Source: an uncultured Candidatus Saccharibacteria bacterium (GTDB taxonomy: Bacteria > Patescibacteriota > Minisyncoccia > Phycocordibacterales > CAIJYI01). From it: a stretch of DNA of 64,000 nucleotides. The stretch covers positions 38,341-102,340 of the forward strand of contig CAYPFT010000001.1 in NCBI GenBank assembly GCA_964410165.1, given 5' to 3'. The stretch's first letter is position 1. Each line of letters opens with the position of its first letter. Below are positions 10,134 to 19,580 of the stretch, in pieces. The notes under the pieces were generated by a model that worked only from the letters and a program-made list of their open reading frames with translations, did not search any database and was not told the DNA's origin. The position numbers were made by a program, and so were the translations under genes.

Positions 10134-12362
10134 ATGTACCCTGAAATTAAAACAAAAGTAGTCAAAAACCTTGGCGTTTTGACTTTGGAACCGGAAAATA
10201 ATGCATTGTCCGTTGACTTTCTCAAGGCGCTCGCCGGAGAATACGTCGAAATGGCGAACACTTCGGGTACGGATGCCACCATGCTCATGATGAAACGGAT
10301 GATTGTCGGGATGGATATCAAGGCAATTCTCGCGTTCATGGAATCCCGCGATCGCGAGCATGTTGACGAGTTCCTTTCGTTTGTCCATCGCGACTTAATC
10401 ACGGCATTCGCCGAGTCCGGGAAGCCCGTGATTGCGGCTTTGCAGGGATCGCATATCCTTGGCGGCGGACTTGAGCTCGTTCTGCCATGCCACATCATCG
10501 CCGATAAAGCGACAAGCATCGGGCTGGTGGAAAGCGGAATCGGGCTTTTCCCCGGATATATGGGAATTTTCTCAATGATGAAGAGAATCGGGGTGCGGAA
10601 AACGCTTGAGCATGTCCTTGCCGGAGATTTCATTCCGGCTCACCGCGCCTTTGAAGAGGGGATCATTGATTGCATCGCGGACACGGATTTTTCAAATACT
10701 GTGTTCGCATTTGCCGCCGATGTTTTGGAGGGAAGATTTGTGAAGCAATCGCACATTCTTATCCCCGAAGAAGCGAACTCTCTCTCGGAAGAAGAGATTT
10801 TGCGGCTCGCAAACGGAAAACCGGCGGAACTCGTGCAGGCGATAATTGATGCCGTTCGCGCTATCGCTTCAAGACCTACTTCAGTCGAGGCGTCTCTTGC
10901 GGAACGCGAGCGATTCTTGGATGTTTTCTTTTCTCGCTATGCCGGAGAATTTGTTTTGGCGTTCCTTGAAGGAAAGCGCAAACCAAAGTGGGATAATGTC
11001 ATCGGCGGGAATAAGAATATCGCCGCTTCCGTTGAAGTATTGCCAAGCGTTGTAGCGGAAATTCCGCCGTGGGAAAAAGAAGAGTTTAGCGATGCCCGCA
11101 CAGCGGTACGCGAATTTGTGAAAGAGAGAATTCTCGCGAACGAGAAGGATCTCCAAACAGACACTGCCGCGATTACGGAAATACTTCAGCATATGCATGA
11201 GTGTGGCGCGACCGGCTCGAAATTTCCCGAAGACAAATTGACGGAAATCCAACGCGCCCTACGAAAGGCGATGGAAACGAACGAGCCGTTGGTCAAAAAA
11301 ATCGTTTCTGAAATGTTTGACCTCGGGTTCTTCAGTGTCCAGTTTGCCGAACAGTACGGTGGCATGGGAATGGGCATGGTTGGAGCATGCATGGTGGCGC
11401 AAGAGATTGCCTACGGAGATCCGGCAATCGGCATCATCGTCGGCGCACATGCGTGTCTCTTTTCGGGACCGATTGCCGCTTACGGAACAGAAGACCAAAA
11501 GGAACGGTATCTGGTTCCCGGCATGCGCGGAGAATTCTTGGGCGGGCTTGCATCTACCGAGCCGCATGGGGGTTCAAATCCGGCGGGGAAACAGGCGCTT
11601 GCGCTGAAAGTTTCCGGCGGATGGGAAATAACGGGCAGATACTCGTTTATCTCAAACGGCAGAACGGCGCGGTATCTGCTCGTCTATGCGCAGACAGATA
11701 AGGACGCGCTTGAAGATGAGGCGCTCGCCAAGAGGACCATGGGAGCATTCATCGTGGATACGAAGAGCCCAGGATTTCTCGCCTACCCCGACGAAGACAA
11801 AGGGGGGCTCCTTGCTTCGTGTACCAACGGATTGTCGCTTGACTCAGTGTTCGTTCCCGAAAAAGATGTGCTTTCAATCGGGGTTGGAAATTCGGAAGGA
11901 TACAAGACTATGATGGAAACTTTCAACTGCGGCCGGATTATGCTTGCCGCCGCCAATGTCGGCGGGATACAAGCCGGTATTGATGAAGTGCTGAAATTCG
12001 CGACAACGAGAATGATTGGCGGCGGGCGGAAAATGTATGAGTCCGAATCCATTCTTGAAGAAATCGGAAACATGCGAGAACGGTTGGAAGTGCTGAAGAG
12101 AGCTGTGTATGCGACGGCATGGGAAGCCGACCGCGGCATGGACATACGCGTAAGCGCCGCCGCCGTGAAGACACTCGGTACTGATATGACACAGGATGTG
12201 CTCAAACTGGGTAGACAGCTCATGGGCGGTGCCGGTTTTATGAAGAGCAGAATGTGGAAGATGAACATTGACTTCGCCGTGTGGGACACATTTGAAGGTC
12301 CGAAGAAAAGAATCAACACCTTCATCGGCGTGCAGACGGTAATAGATTATACGCGCAGGTAA
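10134..12362 (+). CDS. Fusion protein: enoyl-CoA hydratase/isomerase (crotonase) N-terminal domain plus acyl-CoA dehydrogenase C-terminal domain
   Basis: 742 aa. N-terminal half has crotonase-fold motifs (ALQGSHILGGGLELVLPCHIIADKATSIGLVESGIGLFPGYMG). C-terminal half is ACAD-like (MVAQEIAYGDP..., GGLASTEPHGGSNPAG, ITGRYSFISNG, QLMGGAGFM). Confidence 0.75.
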   Translation: MYPEIKTKVVKNLGVLTLEPENNALSVDFLKALAGEYVEMANTSGTDATMLMMKRMIVGMDIKAILAFMESRDREHVDEFLSFVHRDLITAFAESGKPVIAALQGSHILGGGLELVLPCHIIADKATSIGLVESGIGLFPGYMGIFSMMKRIGVRKTLEHVLAGDFIPAHRAFEEGIIDCIADTDFSNTVFAFAADVLEGRFVKQSHILIPEEANSLSEEEILRLANGKPAELVQAIIDAVRAIASRPTSVEASLAERERFLDVFFSRYAGEFVLAFLEGKRKPKWDNVIGGNKNIAASVEVLPSVVAEIPPWEKEEFSDARTAVREFVKERILANEKDLQTDTAAITEILQHMHECGATGSKFPEDKLTEIQRALRKAMETNEPLVKKIVSEMFDLGFFSVQFAEQYGGMGMGMVGACMVAQEIAYGDPAIGIIVGAHACLFSGPIAAYGTEDQKERYLVPGMRGEFLGGLASTEPHGGSNPAGKQALALKVSGGWEITGRYSFISNGRTARYLLVYAQTDKDALEDEALAKRTMGAFIVDTKSPGFLAYPDEDKGGLLASCTNGLSLDSVFVPEKDVLSIGVGNSEGYKTMMETFNCGRIMLAAANVGGIQAGIDEVLKFATTRMIGGGRKMYESESILEEIGNMRERLEVLKRAVYATAWEADRGMDIRVSAAAVKTLGTDMTQDVLKLGRQLMGGAGFMKSRMWKMNIDFAVWDTFEGPKKRINTFIGVQTVIDYTRR

Positions 12363-12379
12363 CTCGCAACAACTAAACA

Positions 12380-12447
12380 GCCGTCGATCTTCGGGTCGAC
12401 GGCATTTTATTAAAAAAGCCGCCTCCGAATTGATCGGAAGCGGCTTG
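12380..12447. terminator. Back-to-back convergent terminators (plus-strand hairpin 12380-12410, minus-strand hairpin 12411-12447)
   Basis: ccgtcgatcttcgggtcgacgg + attttatt serves the plus strand. agccgcctccgaattgatcggaagcggct preceded by aaaaaa on the plus strand (T-run on the minus strand) serves the ligase gene. Confidence 0.55.
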
Positions 12448-12457
12448 CCTGCTTGTT

Positions 12458-14326
12458 TTACTCCGCTTCTGCGAGTACTGCGGTGCGCTCTTCCATGGCT
12501 TCCATGCGCAGCAGGTAGCGCAGAGTACTTTCTTTCCGTGATTTCGGAATTTCTGTTTTGAACCGTATCTCTTTGGGTATGTTATACGGCGCCATGTGGG
12601 CGGCTACCCAGTCCTTGAGTTCTTCTTTCAGCGCTTCGGTTTGGGTGTATCCGTCTTTCAACACCACAAACGCCCACACTTCCGGCTCAGAACTTTCATG
12701 AACATCTTTGGGCGGAATTCCGACGACCGATACCTCGGCGACGGCTTTGTGCAGTTTGAGCTTGGCTTCAATGTCGTCCGGGTATTTTTTGTTTTTGCCG
12801 ACGATGACATCATCTTTTCTTCCCGTACAATAATGATTGCCGTCTTCATCCTCGTAGCCGAGGTCCGCCGTTTGAATCTTGCCGTCTTTGGTGAGGACTT
12901 TTGCCGTCGCTTCGGGGTTGTTCCAATAGCCGTCCATGACTGACGGAGTTCTAACCCACATCCATCCGATTTCTCCTTGAGCCGTTTCCCTAAAGTGTCC
13001 ACCCTCTTCTTTCATGTATCGTATACTTATGCCGGGAAGAGGCGAACCAATGGATCCGGGCTTGTTTCTTCCCGGCTTGTTGCAAGTAACCACCGGGCCG
13101 CCTTCCGTGAAGCCGTATCCTCCAAAAAGAACCGCTCTCCCGACCCACGCATTGAATCGCTCTTCAATTGCGGGTGCAAGCGCGGATCCTCCGGAGATGC
13201 AATACTTCAGATTCTCCAAGCCCTCTTGGCACCTTTCTGTTTCTGACAGCGCCTCATATTGCGCCGGAACGCCGACGAACACGGTCGCTTTTGATTTCAC
13301 CAAACCGTTTCGTATGGCGGCAATATCTCGCGGATCTATTTCTATGACGATATGGCTTCCGGAAATGAGCGGAGCATTGATCGCTACAGTATCCGGAAAA
13401 GCGTGGTCAGGCGGCAGAGAGAGGAAAAATGTTTCCACGCCGCGTTTGATGCTGAAATGCTCAAGACACCGGTTGGCATTGTCCGCAATCTTTTTATGCG
13501 AGAACATGACGCCTTTTTGCCCCCCGCTCGTTCCGCCGGTAGACATGATGTGTCCGAGAGAGGAAGGAAGCGGACGGCGTTCGTCGAGTGCATCTATTTC
13601 TTCTTGTGATACATATCCATGTATAATCTTCCCGAACGAGTGGAAATTTCCGGCATCTTCGCGCAAGGCCTTTCGCGCTTTTTCAAAGAGCGTTACTTTG
13701 CGTTCAAGCCGGGCTATTTTTTTTTCCGCTTTGGCAAGAGACAGGCCGATAACGTCCGCATAGGCTTTTTCTTCTTCGGCTATTTCCAGATCCCGCCCGA
13801 ACTTCAAAGCGCTTACGGCGCAAAAAAGCGAAGAAACGGAGGTATGCAGAAATTCGGGCGCTGTGCCGGAAAAACACCATTCTGTGCCCGAAAGCATTTC
13901 GGGGATGTTCGCGACAATGGGAACAGAGCGCAAAGGGTTGCTCCACTTGAGAGGTTGTTCCGAAAACGCTTCCTTAACCGTCGGATAGAACAGGTCAAGC
14001 GTCGCGATATTCGCTGCGCCGTACTCAAGTATTTTCTCGGCGAGCTCAAGTTTCGGGGCTTCGGGAGAATATGGTGCCGGAACCGCGCCGGCATAAAAGT
14101 ATCCGAGATAGGCGATAATCCATTCTCTGCAGGGCGGCGCGACGATCATTACTCTGTCGCCGGGGCGTATGCCGAGGCGGATCAGATAAACCGCAAAGCG
14201 TTTGGCATACAATTGCATGTGTTCGTAGTCGGTCGTTTTTCCCATGAAAGTAACGCAAGGGGCTTTTGGTTTTCGTGCCACAGCATCGTCAAATCCGTCC
14301 AAAATCGTTTCATAATTAAAGTTCAT
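12458..14326 (-). CDS. AMP-dependent acyl-CoA synthetase/ligase with a coiled-coil insertion in the N-terminal domain
   Basis: AMP-binding motif MSTGGTSGGQKGVMFSH. C-terminal ligase body (GYGFTEGG..., DLGYEDEDGNHYCTGRKDD). Start at MNFNYE with GGAGG 6 nt upstream. Confidence 0.75.
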   Translation of the reverse strand: MNFNYETILDGFDDAVARKPKAPCVTFMGKTTDYEHMQLYAKRFAVYLIRLGIRPGDRVMIVAPPCREWIIAYLGYFYAGAVPAPYSPEAPKLELAEKILEYGAANIATLDLFYPTVKEAFSEQPLKWSNPLRSVPIVANIPEMLSGTEWCFSGTAPEFLHTSVSSLFCAVSALKFGRDLEIAEEEKAYADVIGLSLAKAEKKIARLERKVTLFEKARKALREDAGNFHSFGKIIHGYVSQEEIDALDERRPLPSSLGHIMSTGGTSGGQKGVMFSHKKIADNANRCLEHFSIKRGVETFFLSLPPDHAFPDTVAINAPLISGSHIVIEIDPRDIAAIRNGLVKSKATVFVGVPAQYEALSETERCQEGLENLKYCISGGSALAPAIEERFNAWVGRAVLFGGYGFTEGGPVVTCNKPGRNKPGSIGSPLPGISIRYMKEEGGHFRETAQGEIGWMWVRTPSVMDGYWNNPEATAKVLTKDGKIQTADLGYEDEDGNHYCTGRKDDVIVGKNKKYPDDIEAKLKLHKAVAEVSVVGIPPKDVHESSEPEVWAFVVLKDGYTQTEALKEELKDWVAAHMAPYNIPKEIRFKTEIPKSRKESTLRYLLRMEAMEERTAVLAEAE

Positions 14327-14544
14327 AACAAACCTCCGTATGTGTCTGTCAAGGTGAAAAATATGCAATGATTATTGCATGAACCTGCTCTATCTTTACT
14401 ACAAAATCTACTTTTTTGCAAGTTGTTTCGGGGCGCCTTGACTCCATTCGTTCTTTATGGAAGTATTGAAGATGGCAGAGCTTTTTTTACGCTCAAGATG
14501 CTTTATTGACATTTTTACAACTTTTTGACCAAAGGAGGCCAAAA

Positions 14545-16455
<1,911 letters not shown>

Positions 16456-16461
16456 AATAAA

Positions 16462-16498
16462 CACCCACCGTCTCTCTCGAGATTGTGGGTGCTTTTTT
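16462..16498 (+). terminator. Rho-independent terminator after ftsH
   Basis: cacccaccgtctctctcgagattgtgggtg followed by cttttttt. Confidence 0.55.
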
Positions 16499-16511
16499 AC
16501 AAACTTCAAAC

Positions 16512-17273
16512 TCAAGAAAGTTTCTTTCGTTGTTCATCAAGTCCTTGCCAGAACACGGCGATAGCGTCGAGCATTTCTTTCCCTGTGGCGATAAAGAGGT
16601 CATCGTTTACGTCAAATTCCATATACACTTCTTTGAATTCTTCATCCGCATGTTTGGCGTGGAATATCTCAACTTCATCGTGTATGCGAAAAAATGTCGG
16701 TTCTTGGGTGATACCAAGTTTTTTGTCCCAAGGCCAAAGGCCTTGCCGCAATTCTCCCCAAAAACCGGAACCGTATGCCCATGTAGACTCGACGATATCC
16801 GCCGCAGCCAAGCTGATAGTCATATCACTGTTCCCATACAGGCGTTTAAGCGCGTTGCAGAAAAAATAGGTTTCCGGTGTTCCTCTTCGCGGATTAAAAT
16901 CTTCCTCCCGCATGCCGTAGAGCATTCCTGTCTCGACACACCAATTGCTGTGACGGTTCTTAAATCGGATAATACTCCCGTCTGATTCGCCGCCAGGTGA
17001 AAAATCCGCACCGATCTCGCTTGCCGCGATACTCCATATCGGTTTCGCGATTTTAGGAATGTGCGACCACCATGCCAGCCTCTCCATTAAAGCTGGGATG
17101 AAGAGAACGGAGAAGACGTAAAACTGCTGAAAAAAATCGTGTATTTGCGGAAGAGTCTGTTCTCCTTGCGCCCACCATTTCGTGTACTCGTTCGCGATTA
17201 CTATCGAGTGAGTCGCCAGCTCGTTTTGCCGTCTTTCCACCAAAGCGAGAAATCGTTCGTGTTTGCTGTTCAT
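16512..17273 (-). CDS. Hypothetical protein
   Basis: ORF with RBS GAGAGG before ATG 17273 (MNSKHERF...). The start was chosen to avoid overlap with the LOG gene. No motif recognised by eye. Confidence 0.45.
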   Translation of the reverse strand: MNSKHERFLALVERRQNELATHSIVIANEYTKWWAQGEQTLPQIHDFFQQFYVFSVLFIPALMERLAWWSHIPKIAKPIWSIAASEIGADFSPGGESDGSIIRFKNRHSNWCVETGMLYGMREEDFNPRRGTPETYFFCNALKRLYGNSDMTISLAAADIVESTWAYGSGFWGELRQGLWPWDKKLGITQEPTFFRIHDEVEIFHAKHADEEFKEVYMEFDVNDDLFIATGKEMLDAIAVFWQGLDEQRKKLS

Positions 17274-17334
17274 GTCAAACCTCTCAATCAGGTTGTTTTT
17301 ACTGTCATTATGGTATTCAAAAAGCGTTTGCGTG

Positions 17335-18036
17335 TCAATCTTGACGCCGTATCGGCGCGTGGCGGACAATATCCGTTATCTTCTCCACGTCGTCTGATAT
17401 GACGTAGAGCTTGCGGTCGTCTTTGTTGATCGCCTTGTGTTTTTTGTAGAGCTGTTGTTCTATGAATTTATCAAGCGCATTCCAATAATCGCTCCCCATG
17501 AGGATTATGGGAACTTGTTCAATCTTTCCCGTCTGGACGAGCGTGAGAATCTCGAAAAATTCATCAAGGGTTCCGAAGCCGCCGGGGAAGAAGATATACG
17601 CTTCGGCCGCGTAGGCAAGGAGAACTTTTCGCACGAAGAAGTAGTCGAATGTCATGCTTTCCGTCAGATAAGGATTTTCACTCTGTTCATGATTGAGCTT
17701 GATGTTGAGTCCGAGAGAAAACCCTTTTGCTTCATGCGCGCCGCGGTTGCCGGCTTCCATGATGCCCGGACCGCCGCCGGTAACGACGCCGATGCCGTAT
17801 TTTGAAAGCCCCGCCGCAAGCTTCCGCGCCGTTTTGTAATGCGCGTCCTTTTCCGTAAACCGCGCCGAGCCGAAGAACGTAACGGTTTTTTCAAGTCCTT
17901 GAATAAAATTAAAACCGTCTTTGAATTCGTTCGCGATACGCTCCACGCGCTCATTCACGATTTTTCCAAACTCTTTTTTTGAGAGCGTGGGAGGAATGGA
18001 AGGGGAAGTTTTTTGCGGAATTATTTTTTTTGCCAT
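17335..18036 (-). CDS. LOG family protein (TIGR00730, lysine-decarboxylase-like / cytokinin riboside 5'-monophosphate phosphoribohydrolase fold)
   Basis: VTGGGPGIMEAGNRGA and PGGFGTLDEFFE motifs. Confidence 0.8.
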   Translation of the reverse strand: MAKKIIPQKTSPSIPPTLSKKEFGKIVNERVERIANEFKDGFNFIQGLEKTVTFFGSARFTEKDAHYKTARKLAAGLSKYGIGVVTGGGPGIMEAGNRGAHEAKGFSLGLNIKLNHEQSENPYLTESMTFDYFFVRKVLLAYAAEAYIFFPGGFGTLDEFFEILTLVQTGKIEQVPIILMGSDYWNALDKFIEQQLYKKHKAINKDDRKLYVISDDVEKITDIVRHAPIRRQD

Positions 18037-18045
18037 GATTTTTTG

Positions 18046-18303
18046 TTAAAAATACAATTCGCTGTGTGTGCCGATTATATAAAAAGTAACGCCATCCTCT
18101 GATTCCTCGAAAATAGCACGATAATCCCCGGTAACATTTAAGCTTCGGCAGTTTGGAAATGTTTTATCCACCGAATGGTTGTTCAACACGACGTCGAATT
18201 TGTTCGCGATAAAAACCTCAAGTCTATCATAAAATTGTTCCTTGATTTTTGGCGGAAGTTTTTTGAACGCCTTTCCAAACCGTCTCTTATATTTGATTTC
18301 CAT
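18046..18303 (-). CDS. RelE/ParE-family type II toxin
   Basis: 85 aa, basic N-terminus, C-terminal GDYRAIFEESEDGVTFYIIGTHSELY typical of RelE/YoeB-like mRNA interferases. Sits immediately downstream of a small acidic ORF. Confidence 0.55.
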   Translation of the reverse strand: MEIKYKRRFGKAFKKLPPKIKEQFYDRLEVFIANKFDVVLNNHSVDKTFPNCRSLNVTGDYRAIFEESEDGVTFYIIGTHSELYF

Positions 18304-18306
18304 GAA

Positions 18307-18561
18307 TTACAGGCGTTTAAGATAGGCAATAGCATCTTTCGCGTTATTAAATCCCGGGGATATATTTTTACCTTCTTTGCTTTCTTGCAATTCGCGTGCA
18401 AGTATTTTTTTTGTGCGAGGATTCAGTTCCTCATGAACAACAAGCTCGACATTGAGTCGGTCATTCACAAAAGCGTCGGCGGCGAAATTAAGCATGGAAG
18501 AAAAAGTGATACCCTTCTCCCGCGCCTTTTTCATTGCCGCCTTTTTAAGCTTCGGCTCCAT
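18307..18561 (-). CDS. Putative antitoxin paired with the RelE-like toxin (RelB/DinJ-like)
   Basis: Small ORF (MEPKLKKAAMKKAREKGITFSSMLNFAADAFV...) ending 3 nt before the toxin start. Start uncertain. Confidence 0.4.
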   Translation of the reverse strand: MEPKLKKAAMKKAREKGITFSSMLNFAADAFVNDRLNVELVVHEELNPRTKKILARELQESKEGKNISPGFNNAKDAIAYLKRL

Positions 18562-18623
18562 TTTAAACATGAATTGAGTAGTCATAATGGAAGTATATAT
18601 ATTTTATATATACTTTGTCAAAT

Positions 18624-18670
18624 TATTCAAAATGCGCCACGCCGTCTTTTCTCGCGATTTTTTGCGCAAT
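18624..18670 (-). pseudogene. Duplicated remnant of the recG 3' end (encodes ...AQKIARKDGVAHFE*)
   Basis: 44 of 47 bp resemble recG 19581-19627 (tcaaaatgcgccRcRccRtctttYYtcgcgattttttgcgc), stop codon included. Confidence 0.6.
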
Positions 18671-18671
18671 T

Positions 18672-18700
18672 TGCAAATTTTCATATTTTGAGTACAATAA
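18672..18700 (+). promoter_or_regulatory. Promoter of the MazF-like cassette (TTGCAA-N16-TACAAT), start codon 7 nt downstream
   Basis: ttgcaaattttcatattttgagtacaat aaaaac ATG. Confidence 0.45.
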
Positions 18701-18704
18701 AAAC

Positions 18705-18845
18705 ATGAAAACCCTCAAGAAAACTAAATTTTCCGCTAAAAATATTCAAAAAAAATCTTCGGGTAAGACTATGACGGAGTCTAAGTTTTGGCAACAAGTT
18801 GCTTTACAACAGCAATCAATTCTTCATGCAAAACACCGCACATAA
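18705..18845 (+). CDS. Small ORF upstream of and overlapping the MazF-like gene (possible antitoxin)
   Basis: 46 aa, MKTLKKTKFSAKNIQKKSSGKTMTESKFWQQVALQQQSILHAKHRT. Overlaps the toxin start by 20 nt, which is a typical type II arrangement. No recognisable fold. Confidence 0.25.
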   Translation: MKTLKKTKFSAKNIQKKSSGKTMTESKFWQQVALQQQSILHAKHRT

Positions 18846-19173
18846 AAAAATACAGAAAGGGGATGTGTGGATTGTGGAGAACGCGAATGCGGTTGGTCAT
18901 ATCCAAAACGGGATACGCCCGCACGTTGTCGTCACTCAAGTGACGGGGGAGACCGTCACGGTTGCTCCGTGTACTTCGCAAAAGAAGCTCCATCGGAAAT
19001 ATATGGTGGAAATAGTTCCGTCGTCGGATAACGGACTTAACGCGACCTCTTTTGTTCTTCTCGCCCAATCTTTTGCGGCGGATGTGAGCTTGTTGCAGAA
19101 AAAAATAGGGCGCTTAAACCAAAACGAAATGATCCGCATTCAGCTTGAGTATGTAAAATATGTTACGGATTAG
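18826..19173 (+). CDS. PemK/MazF-family toxin (mRNA interferase)
   Basis: GDVWIVENANAVGHIQNGIRPHVVVTQ ... VTVAPCTS ... SFVLLAQSFAADVSLLQKKIGRLNQNEMIRI matches the MazF/PemK pattern (GDIxxVxxxxxxGxExxxxRPxxVxS...VxPxTS). Confidence 0.7.
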   Translation: MQNTAHKKIQKGDVWIVENANAVGHIQNGIRPHVVVTQVTGETVTVAPCTSQKKLHRKYMVEIVPSSDNGLNATSFVLLAQSFAADVSLLQKKIGRLNQNEMIRIQLEYVKYVTD

Positions 19174-19249
19174 GGTTTCGGTTTTGCCTTAAACTAAAAA
19201 TCCCGCCGTTCGCTTTCGCGATTGGCGGGGAGATAGCATCGAGACCTTA

Positions 19250-19504
19250 TCAGGGGCTCTTATTTTTTGCATTTTTCAGGCTGAACCTCTGGACTTTACG
19301 CAACTCTCTATGTGTACGTACTACTAAAATTCCCGTCAGAGCAACCATTAAAAGAGCAGGGCTTACGATAACTGTTTTCTTGATCACAATATAGTAGAGA
19401 AATGTCCCCATAGGAACAATAATCATGATTATTCCAAACAGTAAAATAAACCAAGGGAACCATAGCAGTACATCCCTTTTAAATTTTTTCCAATTCGTTT
19501 TCAT
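19250..19504 (-). CDS. Small membrane protein (two TM helices), hypothetical
   Basis: 84 aa with a hydrophobic core, LLWFPWFILLFGIIMIIVPMGTFLYYIVI and ALLMVALTGILVV. Confidence 0.35.
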   Translation of the reverse strand: MKTNWKKFKRDVLLWFPWFILLFGIIMIIVPMGTFLYYIVIKKTVIVSPALLMVALTGILVVRTHRELRKVQRFSLKNAKNKSP

Positions 19505-19580
19505 TTCACACCTCGTTTTGCGAAAAAAAAAGGGGGGACTTCCTCTAAAAACTTATCATAGAATTGTAGACCGCGCAATT

